Made by a program: the position numbers and the translations under genes. The notes beneath the pieces are model-generated. The model did no database searches and was not told the origin of the DNA. It worked only from the letters and a program-made list of their open reading frames with translations. A stretch of DNA of 64,000 bases from Candidatus Aminicenantes bacterium (lineage in GTDB: Bacteria > Acidobacteriota > Aminicenantia > JAMOAD01): assembly GCA_027067555.1 (NCBI GenBank), contig JAMOVU010000191.1, forward strand, positions 6,750 to 70,749, in the 5' to 3' direction. This document shows positions 8,950-17,852 of this stretch, one piece after another (positions within the stretch are counted from its first letter, which is position 1; every line of letters starts with the position of its first letter).

Positions 8950-10124
8950 ACCTTCACCCTCACCTCCCCACTCATTAATTTTGGCAATAATGTGTCGCGT
9001 AGTTTTTCTAATGTGTGGATTTGTTGTTCGTTGCTTCTGATTTTGTCTAAAAATTTTTTTACTACTGTATGAAAATACAAGGACTTCTTTTCATTAAATG
9101 AAAAGGAGAGTTCAAAAATATCTCGTGCTTTGACTCTTTGATGACTTCCACTGGTTCCGCTTGCTGCGCCAATTAACTCATTAGTTACTTGAATAGATTT
9201 TAACAAATAATAAATAAAGCTAAAGTATTCTTTCTTCTTTGGAAAAACAACTATAAATTCTGTTGAACAAACAGAGTACTCTTTATTTTCAATTTTACCC
9301 CATATTGCCCAAACTCTTGGAAGTCTTGGATTTAATTTTGAGATCAATATTGAATGCTCAAAAACTTTATATTTATTACTTTTTATTTCCATTCCCAATT
9401 CCTTTATTGGTTTTTTCCCTGCGTCAAAAGCTGGAATACTAAAATGCAAGAATTCTATCTCCGGATCTTTGTTAGGCACAATATTTACTTTTTTATGTTC
9501 TGCAATCTCAAATAGCTGCTTCTCCTCCCAATCCTCCTCCGCCTCTTCTATAAACCATTTTCTAAATAGAGTTTCTGCCATGGCTTCTAATGTTTTGTTT
9601 TGGCGGTGGAGGAGATCTATTTTGTCATCAAGGGAGGAGAGGACAGAGGCAATGGCGCGTTGTTCGTCAATTGATTCTGGGATTATCCATTCTGTTTTTT
9701 TCATAAAATTCCATTCGGCTCTTGGCATTCTAGTTCCTGATGCTCCTTTTGTTGCTAAGTCTATAAATTCGTAAGTTGCAAATAAGTAAAACAAAAAATT
9801 TTTATCCGTATTTTCTTTGGGTGCAACTACCCAAATATCAGTAGAACAAATCCCTTTAAACTTAGGATTGTACAATTTCCTAAAATATGGTCTTAATTTA
9901 CCAAATAAAAACTCTTCTTCAGTGAAAATATATTTATTACTTTTAATATCATCCGAAAAACCAATAGTTTTTAATCTTAAAGAAGATTCCTCTATGTGTT
10001 CTAAACCTATATACGGTAATTTTTCATTACCAACTTTCCACGCTCTCTTTAATACCTGTGCTATTTCTTCTAATTTTACTTTTTTCCAACCTTTTAGCAT
10101 TCTTTCATCCATTCTCTGCACCAC
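8946..10124 (-). CDS. hsdS: Type I restriction-modification specificity subunit (HsdS), 392 aa, with two target-recognition domains
   Basis: Conserved central and C-terminal coiled-coil repeats LDDKIDLLHRQNKTLEAMAETLFRKWF and LDKIRSNEQQIHTLEKLRDTLLPKLMSGEVRV. Confidence 0.9.
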   Translation of the reverse strand: MVQRMDERMLKGWKKVKLEEIAQVLKRAWKVGNEKLPYIGLEHIEESSLRLKTIGFSDDIKSNKYIFTEEEFLFGKLRPYFRKLYNPKFKGICSTDIWVVAPKENTDKNFLFYLFATYEFIDLATKGASGTRMPRAEWNFMKKTEWIIPESIDEQRAIASVLSSLDDKIDLLHRQNKTLEAMAETLFRKWFIEEAEEDWEEKQLFEIAEHKKVNIVPNKDPEIEFLHFSIPAFDAGKKPIKELGMEIKSNKYKVFEHSILISKLNPRLPRVWAIWGKIENKEYSVCSTEFIVVFPKKKEYFSFIYYLLKSIQVTNELIGAASGTSGSHQRVKARDIFELSFSFNEKKSLYFHTVVKKFLDKIRSNEQQIHTLEKLRDTLLPKLMSGEVRVKV

Positions 10125-10917
10125 TTTTTATTTCCTCAACATAAGATTTTAGCCATTCGTATTTTTGTTTGACTTTCTCATCTGTACTATTTATATTTTT
10201 TTCAACTATCTCTTCTACTTCCCCTATTATTCGTTCGTAATTACTTTTACTTTCTCTGTTCCATACTATAGAAAATCTTTTATTTTCATTTATTATATTT
10301 TCTCCAATTTTACGTAACACTTTCCTATTCAATAAATCAAGAAAATAGATCCCATCCTTATCTTTTTTGATTCCATTAATAAGAAAACCATCATTTTGTT
10401 TTTCAAGAAAAGGAGATCCTTTTATGTTTTTGTTTTTAATGTATTCAACTAATTTTTCGTCAACTACAATCCTCGGATAAATAGCAATTTCGGATTCAAG
10501 TTTGTAAGCTTCTACCAAGCCAGGACCAATCAAAACATTTTCTTCTTTTTTCGGAAAATACATTTTACCTACTGTTATTGCTCCTCTGAAACAAAATCCC
10601 TTTTCCCAAAATCTATCCTGCAAATATCTGACAATCAAAAAAAGATGAGGTAAATTACGCGGCTCTTTTTTCATTATAAACGCGAAACTATCCGAAAAAT
10701 AAAAACTTCTTATATCCAAATTTCCATCTTTTGATGTTTCTTTGCTTGTAGATTTCGTAATCTTTGAATTGATTTTAATTACCTTAATTATATCTTCTAA
10801 TAACTTTTTATTTTCCCCATTTTCTATCTCTTTTAATAAATTTTTAACCCCCAAAACATCCAAATAGCATATAAAACAATCTTCTAAATTATATTCGCTC
10901 ATTTTAATTTCTCCCAT
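10105..10917 (-). CDS. Hypothetical protein of 270 aa with a class III nucleotidyl-cyclase-like palm-domain signature (possible signalling nucleotide cyclase; uncertain)
   Basis: ICYLDVLGVKNL resembles FADIVGFT. FYFSDSFAFI resembles IGDAYMAVF. FRGAITVGKMYF resembles RIGIHTGPVV. GPGLVEAYKLESE resembles GDTVNLAARLES, but the transition-state Asn/Arg are absent. The ORF overlaps the hsdS start by 20 nt. Confidence 0.35.
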   Translation of the reverse strand: MGEIKMSEYNLEDCFICYLDVLGVKNLLKEIENGENKKLLEDIIKVIKINSKITKSTSKETSKDGNLDIRSFYFSDSFAFIMKKEPRNLPHLFLIVRYLQDRFWEKGFCFRGAITVGKMYFPKKEENVLIGPGLVEAYKLESEIAIYPRIVVDEKLVEYIKNKNIKGSPFLEKQNDGFLINGIKKDKDGIYFLDLLNRKVLRKIGENIINENKRFSIVWNRESKSNYERIIGEVEEIVEKNINSTDEKVKQKYEWLKSYVEEIKSGAENG

Positions 10918-10929
10918 GTTTTGGTTTTT

Positions 10930-11165
10930 TGTTTATTTTATTTTTATATTTTCGGGCAGAAATTGATTCTGCCCCTACGGGGTTTTTAAATAAATTGTGA
11001 TGGGATGGTTTGTTTGTATGTAACCATGATTTTTTAAACCATTCGTAGGGACGGATTCCATATCCGCCCGTTTGGGTTTCATGTTCATATTTTCGGGCAG
11101 AAATAGATTCTGCCCCTACGGTATTTTCAATTGGATTGTGATGGGATGGTTTGTTTGTATCATTA
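10930..11165. repeat. About 1.5 REPIN-like units (a right-half partial copy followed by a full copy) between the cyclase-like gene and the AlbA_2 gene
   Basis: TTTTCGGGCAGAAATTGATTCTGCCCCTACGG, then the tail, then GTAGGGACGGATTCCATATCCGCCCG...CTGCCCCTACGG. The ORF at 10904..11179 is a repeat artefact. Confidence 0.85.
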
Positions 11166-11175
11166 ATTGTTTTAA

Positions 11176-12771
11176 TCATTTTTTATTTTTAACCATTTTT
11201 TCTTCTTTAATCAAAACATAAAATGCCAAACCGCGTTTAGTTAACTTGAATTTTTGTTTCGGACTGTTCAAATTATCTTTAATTGTATGCTCTATTAACT
11301 TAAAGTTATGTAGTTTTTTCAATATTTTATTTAACCCTCCGGAAATAGATTTTTGCCCCAATTCCAAAGAAATTTCTTTACGTGATTTAGGAGAATTCAA
11401 TAATATAAACAATATGCGCAAGAAAAGAGACTCTTGCTCTATCTCTTGCCTCAACTCTTGCCTCAACTCTTGCCTCAACTCTTGCTTTTCATTCTCAAGC
11501 CCGGCTTTTAGCCATCGGATAATTTCCTCGGAAAAAATTATAGATGAAGGGAATAGTTGTCCGTAATCATCTCTGGTTTTTTGTTTTTGGTCCGTAATCG
11601 TTCGTGATTGGGCATAATCGGTTTTTATGAATGTTACTCTGAATGAAAATCCGGGCTCGCTCCATTCCATCTTTATTTCCGGATATTTTTTTAATTCTTT
11701 GGAAATCAGTTTAAGCCCGTTTCCCCATTGCTCTATGATACCGAGCTTTTTAAAAACAGGTGCCAATACCTTATTTCTTATATCTGATTGACCTGATTCC
11801 ATATCATCAAAATCAATGGTAGGCATAAGCTTCCCGGGGCTTGTGATCTCTATTTTATCGTCAAATATGGCAATTTTAATATCTTTGCCTTTTAAAGAAT
11901 AATCTCTGTGAATCACTGCATTTCGTATGAGTTCACGGATTGCTACTACAGGATACTCCCACCTGTCTTTTCTGTAAACTCCCTCATATGAGGAGCCCTG
12001 AGAGATGTGCCTCAAAACAAATTTATAAGCCTCTTCCGCCTGAAAGCTCAACGGAGTTTCTATTGTTTTTTGATCTATGAATTCTCCGGGAATTTTTCCC
12101 TTGAATCTTGCACACTCTATTTTTGCATAAGGAAAAAGTCTTTTCCTGATTTCATCATTTGAAAGTAATACAAGGGCATTTGTGGGAAAATCCCTGTTCT
12201 GATCTGTGATAATCAAGTTCAGTTTTCTTAAAATTGTTTTGGTAAGCTTCTCTCCGGTGATTTCCTCAAATTGATTTCTAAATTGAGAGATGGTTAATTC
12301 ATTCGCTTCTTTTAAATGCACAAGAATAGAATCAAAGGAAATGTTTTGTTTCTGTCTTTCTAACTCTTCAATCATATCTTTGTCCGCAAGGCGGTTTGTT
12401 GAGCCGACTCGGATATAAGTTCCTTTCCATTTTCCCTTGTTTTTCAAATAATAGGGAGGATTGCTTCCTTTGTAAATTCTAACTTTTATAATATGTTTAC
12501 CTTGATAATTTACAAAAGAAATATCGGGCAGTACTATCGGATAGCAATTATCATGAATGATGTTGCTTATTTTTTCTTCCATTGAAATCAACTTTTCCTC
12601 GGAAATTCCTATGATTTTTCTTGGTTCATTTTTTATTCCTATGAAAATCTCACCTCCCGCATCATTAGCAAAAGCAACAACAGTTTTACATAAATCATTT
12701 TTTAAAGGAAGTGTTTCTTTAAATTCAAGCTTTCTTCCTTCTGGCTGTTTTAATAATTCTTCAATTTTCAT
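11176..12771 (-). CDS. AlbA_2 (Schlafen-like) plus HATPase_c_4 ATP-binding protein with a C-terminal wHTH. This is the family often annotated as a RecG-like transcriptional regulator in Type I R-M loci. 531 aa.
   Basis: [11 protein letters not shown]...[19 protein letters not shown] (AlbA_2), [14 protein letters not shown] (HATPase_c_4), and a C-terminal HTH-like segment. It contains (ELRQ)x3 encoded by a 15-bp tandem repeat at about 11440-11490. Confidence 0.75.
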   Translation of the reverse strand: MKIEELLKQPEGRKLEFKETLPLKNDLCKTVVAFANDAGGEIFIGIKNEPRKIIGISEEKLISMEEKISNIIHDNCYPIVLPDISFVNYQGKHIIKVRIYKGSNPPYYLKNKGKWKGTYIRVGSTNRLADKDMIEELERQKQNISFDSILVHLKEANELTISQFRNQFEEITGEKLTKTILRKLNLIITDQNRDFPTNALVLLSNDEIRKRLFPYAKIECARFKGKIPGEFIDQKTIETPLSFQAEEAYKFVLRHISQGSSYEGVYRKDRWEYPVVAIRELIRNAVIHRDYSLKGKDIKIAIFDDKIEITSPGKLMPTIDFDDMESGQSDIRNKVLAPVFKKLGIIEQWGNGLKLISKELKKYPEIKMEWSEPGFSFRVTFIKTDYAQSRTITDQKQKTRDDYGQLFPSSIIFSEEIIRWLKAGLENEKQELRQELRQELRQEIEQESLFLRILFILLNSPKSRKEISLELGQKSISGGLNKILKKLHNFKLIEHTIKDNLNSPKQKFKLTKRGLAFYVLIKEEKMVKNKK

Positions 12772-14344
12772 TATCTTTTTCCGAATCAGATAAATCTATC
12801 TTTTCAAGATTTTCAAGAATCAATTTGTTTAATCTCTCTTCTTCCTTTAATTGTTCAAGAAATTCTGCCTTTAATTTTGAAAACCTTTCTTCAAAGTCAA
12901 AATCATCATCTTCTTCCGGAAGTCCGACATAACGACCCGGAGTGAGCACATAATCAAGCTCTCTTACCTCTTCTATTTTTACGGATTTGCAAAATCCCTT
13001 TACATCCTCATAGCTTTCATCTCCCCTCTGCCAATTGTGATAAGTATCAGCAATCTTTCTTATATCCTCCTCCGTTAATACACGGGTCCTTCTGTTTATA
13101 AGAGTACCCATATCTCTTGCATCTATGAAGAGAATCTCCCCTTTCCTATTTTTTTTGTTTCTGTTTAAAAACCATAAAGAGGCAGGTATCTGAGTGTTTA
13201 AAAATAGTTTTGTCGGAAGATTGACAATGCATTCGACAAGATCATTTTCAATAATATTCTTTCTTATCTCATATTCTCCTTTGCTTTTTGTGGTTAATGC
13301 TCCTTTTGCAAGAACAAAGCCAGCTCTTCCATTCGGATTCAGGTGATAGATAAAGTGTTGTATCCATGCGTAATTCGCATTTCCCACAGGGGGGACTCCG
13401 TATTTCCATCTGCCATCACTTCTGAGCAATTCTCCGCTCCAATCACTGTCATTGAAAGGAGGATTTGCTATTACAAAATCAGCTTTCAGATCTTTGTGAG
13501 CATCATTCAAAAAAGAGCCCTCAGGATTCCATTTTACCTGAGTTGAGTCAATCTGTCTTATCGCAAGGTTCATTTTACAGAGACGCCATGTAGTCTGATT
13601 ACTCTCCTGTCCGTATATTGATATGTCATCCACTTTTCCCTGATGCTCTTTTACAAATTTTTCGGATTGAACAAACATTCCGCCGGAACCGCAGCATGGG
13701 TCAAACACTCTTCCTCTGTAAGGTTCAAGCATCTCAACAAGTAGTTCAACAACACTTCGAGGAGTGTAAAATTGCCCCCCTTTTCTTCCCTCGGCAAGAG
13801 CAAATTGCCCTAAAAAATACTCGAAAACATGCCCCAAAATATCTGCACTTCTCTTTGTAGCCTCTCCCAGTGCAATATTACCTATCAAATCAATCAAACC
13901 GCCTAAAGACAGAGGATCCAGATTCCCCTTTGCATACACCTTTGGCAAAACACCTTTTAATGATGGATTTTCCTTTTCTATTATATCCATTGCATTATCC
14001 AATATCTTTCCTATTTCCGGATTTTTTGCATTATTAAGAAGGTATGACCATCTTGCTTCGGGTGGGACATAAAAAATATTTTTAGCCCTGTATTCATCTA
14101 TATCTTCGGGATCCGCCCCTTCTTCCACTTTGCTTTTTAGTTTTTCATACAGGTCTTCAAAAGCGTCTGAGATATACCGCAAAAATATTAAACCCAATAC
14201 CACATGTTTGTATTCAGCAGCATCAATATTTTTTCTTAGTTTATCCGCAGCTTTCCACAACTGTTTTTCAAGATTTTCCTCTTTTTCTTTTTTATTCATA
14301 TTGCCCTCTTTTTTTATTTTATCTTTTTTATTTGTGATTGGCAA
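12761..14344 (-). CDS. hsdM: Type I R-M N6-adenine DNA methyltransferase subunit (HsdM). The ORF begins at a TTG; the ATG ([15 protein letters not shown]) 15 codons in is the likelier start.
   Basis: HsdM N-domain [38 protein letters not shown] motif [11 protein letters not shown], and catalytic VIANPPFN. Confidence 0.93.
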   Translation of the reverse strand: MPITNKKDKIKKEGNMNKKEKEENLEKQLWKAADKLRKNIDAAEYKHVVLGLIFLRYISDAFEDLYEKLKSKVEEGADPEDIDEYRAKNIFYVPPEARWSYLLNNAKNPEIGKILDNAMDIIEKENPSLKGVLPKVYAKGNLDPLSLGGLIDLIGNIALGEATKRSADILGHVFEYFLGQFALAEGRKGGQFYTPRSVVELLVEMLEPYRGRVFDPCCGSGGMFVQSEKFVKEHQGKVDDISIYGQESNQTTWRLCKMNLAIRQIDSTQVKWNPEGSFLNDAHKDLKADFVIANPPFNDSDWSGELLRSDGRWKYGVPPVGNANYAWIQHFIYHLNPNGRAGFVLAKGALTTKSKGEYEIRKNIIENDLVECIVNLPTKLFLNTQIPASLWFLNRNKKNRKGEILFIDARDMGTLINRRTRVLTEEDIRKIADTYHNWQRGDESYEDVKGFCKSVKIEEVRELDYVLTPGRYVGLPEEDDDFDFEERFSKLKAEFLEQLKEEERLNKLILENLEKIDLSDSEKDNEN

Positions 14345-14353
14345 GAATTAAGG

Positions 14354-14369
14354 GCAATTCGTGAATTGC
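14354..14369. promoter_or_regulatory. Perfect 16-bp palindrome GCAATTC-GT-GAATTGC sitting 10 nt 5' of the annotated TTG start of hsdM, and about 50 nt 5' of the likelier ATG. It is a candidate operator and the right member of the island-flanking repeats.
   Basis: The 7-bp inverted repeat was read directly from the sequence. It lies between an AT-rich -10-like TATTAT and the hsdM start. Its core AATTCRTGAATT is shared with the site at 1386..1397. Confidence 0.4.
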
Positions 14370-14383
14370 ACGCATAATAATTT

Positions 14384-14489
14384 TTGATGTTTTCCATGAT
14401 TTTTTAAACCCTTTGTAGGGGCGGATTCTGTATCCGACCGTTTGGATTTTATGTTCATATTTTCGGGCAGAAATGGATTCTGCCCCTAC
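14384..14489. repeat. Single REPIN-like unit at the right edge of the island
   Basis: Leader CCATGATTTTTTAAACCCTTT, then GTAGGGGCGGATTCTGTATCCGACCG...GGGCAGAAATGGATTCTGCCCCTAC. Confidence 0.85.
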
Positions 14490-14974
14490 ATTGTTTTATC
14501 GAACTCTTTTTTTAATTTTTCAAAGGTTTTTTCTATACCTTCAAACATAACCTTTGTTTCTCCGAATAAGGGCATAAAATTGGCATCCCCTTCCCATCGG
14601 GGAACTATGTGAAGATGAAAGTGATCGGGAACACCGGCACCTGCAGGTCTTCCAAGATTCATTCCAATGTTAAAACCCTGAGGATGATAAACATTTTCAA
14701 GAATCTCAAGGGCTTTTAACATTAAGGTGTTCATCTCATCTATTGTTTCTTTCTTTGCCTTTAAAGGAGAGTCAAGATGCTCATAGGGAGCAATTAAAAG
14801 ATGACCATTATTGTAAGGATAAAGGTTTAAAATTATAAAAGAGTGTTTGCCTTTGAAAAGAATGTATCTTTCTTCGGGTTTTTTATGTTTTGAAGCTTCA
14901 CATAAAAAACATTCCTCGTTATCAAGCCCCTCTTTTATATACTTCTCTCTCCAGGGGGTTACAAGATATTTCAT
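14486..14974 (-). CDS. HIT-superfamily protein (GalT/Ap4A-phosphorylase-like branch), 162 aa
   Basis: The histidine triad HFHLHIVPR is near the C-terminus, and there is an N-terminal CxxC. Confidence 0.7.
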   Translation of the reverse strand: MKYLVTPWREKYIKEGLDNEECFLCEASKHKKPEERYILFKGKHSFIILNLYPYNNGHLLIAPYEHLDSPLKAKKETIDEMNTLMLKALEILENVYHPQGFNIGMNLGRPAGAGVPDHFHLHIVPRWEGDANFMPLFGETKVMFEGIEKTFEKLKKEFDKTM

Positions 14975-14980
14975 TGTATC

Positions 14981-15220
14981 TCACTTATTTAAGGCTCTTA
15001 GAATGACATCCGAGGTTTTGTAGTTTACTCTGACAAAGTACTTTCCGTTTGCTTTGAATATTTTCGGGGTAAAAACTCCTAAACCTCTCAGCTCTATTCT
15101 ATTGCCTTCTCTTAAAAAATTCGTAAAAATACTGAAAAAGAGGTCAACATATTTTTTGGTATCATCATAGGTGTATCCGAGTTCTCTTCTAATCTGATCA
15201 ATAAGAGACTTTTTAGTCAT
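14981..15220 (-). CDS. HU/IHF-family DNA-binding protein, 79 aa
   Basis: MTKKSLIDQIRRELG...RIELRGLGVF has the same length and pattern as the HU/IHF fold. Confidence 0.65.
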   Translation of the reverse strand: MTKKSLIDQIRRELGYTYDDTKKYVDLFFSIFTNFLREGNRIELRGLGVFTPKIFKANGKYFVRVNYKTSDVILRALNK

Positions 15221-16943
15221 TCTTTTTGTTCATAATCTCTTTTTTGATAAGATCCCCTATTGTTGTCTTTTGATCAGTGGTTCCCACTTTTCTTAATTGC
15301 TCCATTTCCTTCTTCATCTTCTCTCTTAAAGCCTTTTTATAGCTTAGTATGATTTTTCTGTTTTCCCTATCTATAATCTTGATATAAGCTTCCTTTTCTT
15401 CGCCTACGGAAAGAACTTCTGAAATATCTTCTATTTTTTTTGTTGAAATCTCTCCCTTTCTGATAATGCCCTCAAGACCACCGTCAAGCTCTACTACAAC
15501 AAAGTTTTCCAGAATTTTTTTAACCTTGGTGTTAATAAGGTCACCCTCTTTATACCTGGAGAAAAATTCCGCCCATTTATCACCTTCAAGCTGTTTCACC
15601 CCTAATAAAATTCTTCCGCTATCTTCTTCTATAGAAAGTATAAGAGCTTTTATGACATCTCCTTCTTTGACAACTTCCGAAGGATGCTCAACATAGCCCC
15701 ATCCAAGATCACCCTTTCTTATAAAGCCATCAACATCAGGCATTATATTGACTATAATTCCGCTATCAGCAAGTTTTTTAACTTTTACTTCAACAATATC
15801 ACCTTCTTTGTATGTTGAAAGGAATTTCTCCCATGGAGAAGGCTCAAGCTGTTTTATTCCTATGTAAATTAATCTTTTCTCAGGTATTATATCCAAAACT
15901 TTTCCAATAACCCTATCCTCTATTTCAAAGACAAAATCAAGGGATTTTATCTTTTTGCCCCAGTAAACATCTTCTCCTCTTAACCTTGCATTAACCCCCT
16001 CTTCAAGCTCAACAAGAGCATAGCCCTGTTTAAAACCTATGACTCTTCCCTTTATCTTTGTTCCAATTTTGTACTTTTTGGGAGCGGTAATCCAGGGATC
16101 TTCCTGAAAAGCCTTATAACTTAAAATTATTCTCTCTCTGCTTTTATCCACCTCTAAAACTTTGAACTTATAAGTCTTTCCTATTTTTAATTTTTTTCTT
16201 ATATCGGGAAGATAGCCCCAGGATATCTCACTTTTGGGAACAAAGGCTGTAAGAGATGATTTAAGCTCAACCAGAGCTCCTGCCTTTTTTATTTTTGTGA
16301 CAGTAGCTTCCACCTCATCTCCCACTTTTAAAGAGGAAAAAAGTTTGTCTTTTTCTCTTTTTAAATCCTCCAGAAGAAGAGCTTTTCTTGAGACAACTCC
16401 GCTTTTATTTTTTTCATCAATTCTTATTATTTTAAATCTGAATTCTTTTCCCAAAATCTCATCGGGATTTGAAACAGGTCTTATATCTGCTTGGGAATCA
16501 GGTAAAAAGAGTTCCACCCCCGCATCCACGATATAACCTCTCTTAATTTTTCTTACAACAGGAGCCAGAAGAGGCTCATTATTCTTAAAGTATCTCTCAA
16601 CTTTCTCCCAACCTAAAATTTCATCAGCTTCTTTTTTTGAAAGTACGATTTCCCTTGATGAAATCTTTTTTACCACTGCTTTTATAAAACTTCCCTCTGA
16701 AAAGGGAATTTCTCCTTTATAATTAACGCACTCTTCTATTGGAATGAAGCCTTCCTGCTTATAACCGATATCCACTATTACATCGCTTTGACCAATTTTA
16801 ATAACTTTACCTTCAACCATTTCATTTTTTTTCAGCTGTTTTAATTCATACTGTTCAATCAAATCTTCCATTTTCTCCATCTTCTTCTCCTCATCCTTAA
16901 TTTTGTCTTCTTTTAATTCTCCCATTTGTATCCTTCCCTCCAC
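15213..16943 (-). CDS. rpsA: 30S ribosomal protein S1 (multiple S1 domains)
   Basis: Repeated S1 motifs GxVxxIxxxGxxVDIG...GFIP. The arrangement is ispH-rpsA adjacent and overlapping. Confidence 0.9.
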   Translation of the reverse strand: MEGRIQMGELKEDKIKDEEKKMEKMEDLIEQYELKQLKKNEMVEGKVIKIGQSDVIVDIGYKQEGFIPIEECVNYKGEIPFSEGSFIKAVVKKISSREIVLSKKEADEILGWEKVERYFKNNEPLLAPVVRKIKRGYIVDAGVELFLPDSQADIRPVSNPDEILGKEFRFKIIRIDEKNKSGVVSRKALLLEDLKREKDKLFSSLKVGDEVEATVTKIKKAGALVELKSSLTAFVPKSEISWGYLPDIRKKLKIGKTYKFKVLEVDKSRERIILSYKAFQEDPWITAPKKYKIGTKIKGRVIGFKQGYALVELEEGVNARLRGEDVYWGKKIKSLDFVFEIEDRVIGKVLDIIPEKRLIYIGIKQLEPSPWEKFLSTYKEGDIVEVKVKKLADSGIIVNIMPDVDGFIRKGDLGWGYVEHPSEVVKEGDVIKALILSIEEDSGRILLGVKQLEGDKWAEFFSRYKEGDLINTKVKKILENFVVVELDGGLEGIIRKGEISTKKIEDISEVLSVGEEKEAYIKIIDRENRKIILSYKKALREKMKKEMEQLRKVGTTDQKTTIGDLIKKEIMNKKND

Positions 16944-17797
16944 ACGGTTTCCACATTATCATGGTGTTTTTCTATTTTGCTCACGAGGGCCTTGATTTCA
17001 TAATCCGGAGTTGATGCCCCGGCGCTTATTCCTAATATATTAACACCCTCTAAAAGCTCAGGACTAAAATCTTTCGCTCTTTCTATATGGTATGTTTTTG
17101 GCTGGTATTTTTTAGCTCTTTCATAAAGAGTCCTTGTATTAGAACTATGTTTTCCTCCTAAAATAATCATCATATCAGATTCTTTTGCCAATTTTATTGT
17201 GTCCTTTTGTCTCATTACCGTAGTATAACAGATTGTATCATAAATAAGAGGGTTTGTTGAGTGTTTTTTAATAAAATCTACTATATTTTCAAATTTTTCG
17301 GGATTAAATGTAGTTTGCGCAATAACACCCAAGCTTTTTTTCAGAATATCATCTGAAAGCTCGTCTATGCTACTTATCACTTTTGCATCGGGGCCACCAT
17401 AACCCACCTCTCCTTTTACCTCAGGGTGTTCGGGTTTTCCTATTATTATTGGTAATCTCTTCTCTTCATATATTCTTTTGACAAGTAACTGGGCTTTTTT
17501 TACCAAGGGACAGGTTGTATCCACAATTTTCGCATTCTTTTTTTTCAAGAGCTCCTCTTCCTGAGGAGAGATTCCATGGGTTCTTATAACCACAGTAGTT
17601 CCCGGCTCAATTTTCTCCAGGGAATCAATGCTAAAAACTCCTCTTTTTTTCAAATCTTCCACAACAACTTTATTATGTATAAGTTCTCCGTAAACATAAA
17701 GAGGAGTATTCCCCTTTTCTACCTCTTCTTCAATTATTTTTAAAGCTCTCTTTACTCCGAAGCAAAACCCGGCTTCGGAAGCTACAATAATCTTCAT
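16913..17797 (-). CDS. ispH: 4-hydroxy-3-methylbut-2-enyl diphosphate reductase (IspH/LytB)
   Basis: MKIIVASEAGFCFGVKRAL and the conserved Cys/His pattern of LytB. Confidence 0.9.
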   Translation of the reverse strand: MKIIVASEAGFCFGVKRALKIIEEEVEKGNTPLYVYGELIHNKVVVEDLKKRGVFSIDSLEKIEPGTTVVIRTHGISPQEEELLKKKNAKIVDTTCPLVKKAQLLVKRIYEEKRLPIIIGKPEHPEVKGEVGYGGPDAKVISSIDELSDDILKKSLGVIAQTTFNPEKFENIVDFIKKHSTNPLIYDTICYTTVMRQKDTIKLAKESDMMIILGGKHSSNTRTLYERAKKYQPKTYHIERAKDFSPELLEGVNILGISAGASTPDYEIKALVSKIEKHHDNVETVWREGYKWEN

Positions 17798-17852
17798 TTT
17801 CGGTAGTATAATTGTCTATTTCTTTTTTGTCAAGGTTTTGAAATATATTAGC

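Noticed and set aside
10105-10917. Calling the 270-aa protein a GGDEF diguanylate cyclase or a CD-NTase
   Set aside because: There is no GG(D/E)EF motif and no GS...(D/E)h(D/E)h nucleotidyltransferase motif. Only a generic class-III-cyclase-like palm pattern is present, so it is reported as a tentative finding rather than a named enzyme.
10904-11179. 91-aa minus-strand ORF
   Set aside because: It is a repeat-derived artefact, as above.
1086-14489. Possibility that the GTAGGGGC...GCCCCTAC repeats are a CRISPR array
   Set aside because: The whole ~145-bp unit, including the would-be spacers, is conserved between copies. The copies are dispersed or in doublets rather than a regular repeat-spacer array, the units are internally palindromic with a long conserved tail, and no cas genes are present. 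They are REP/REPIN-like, not CRISPR.
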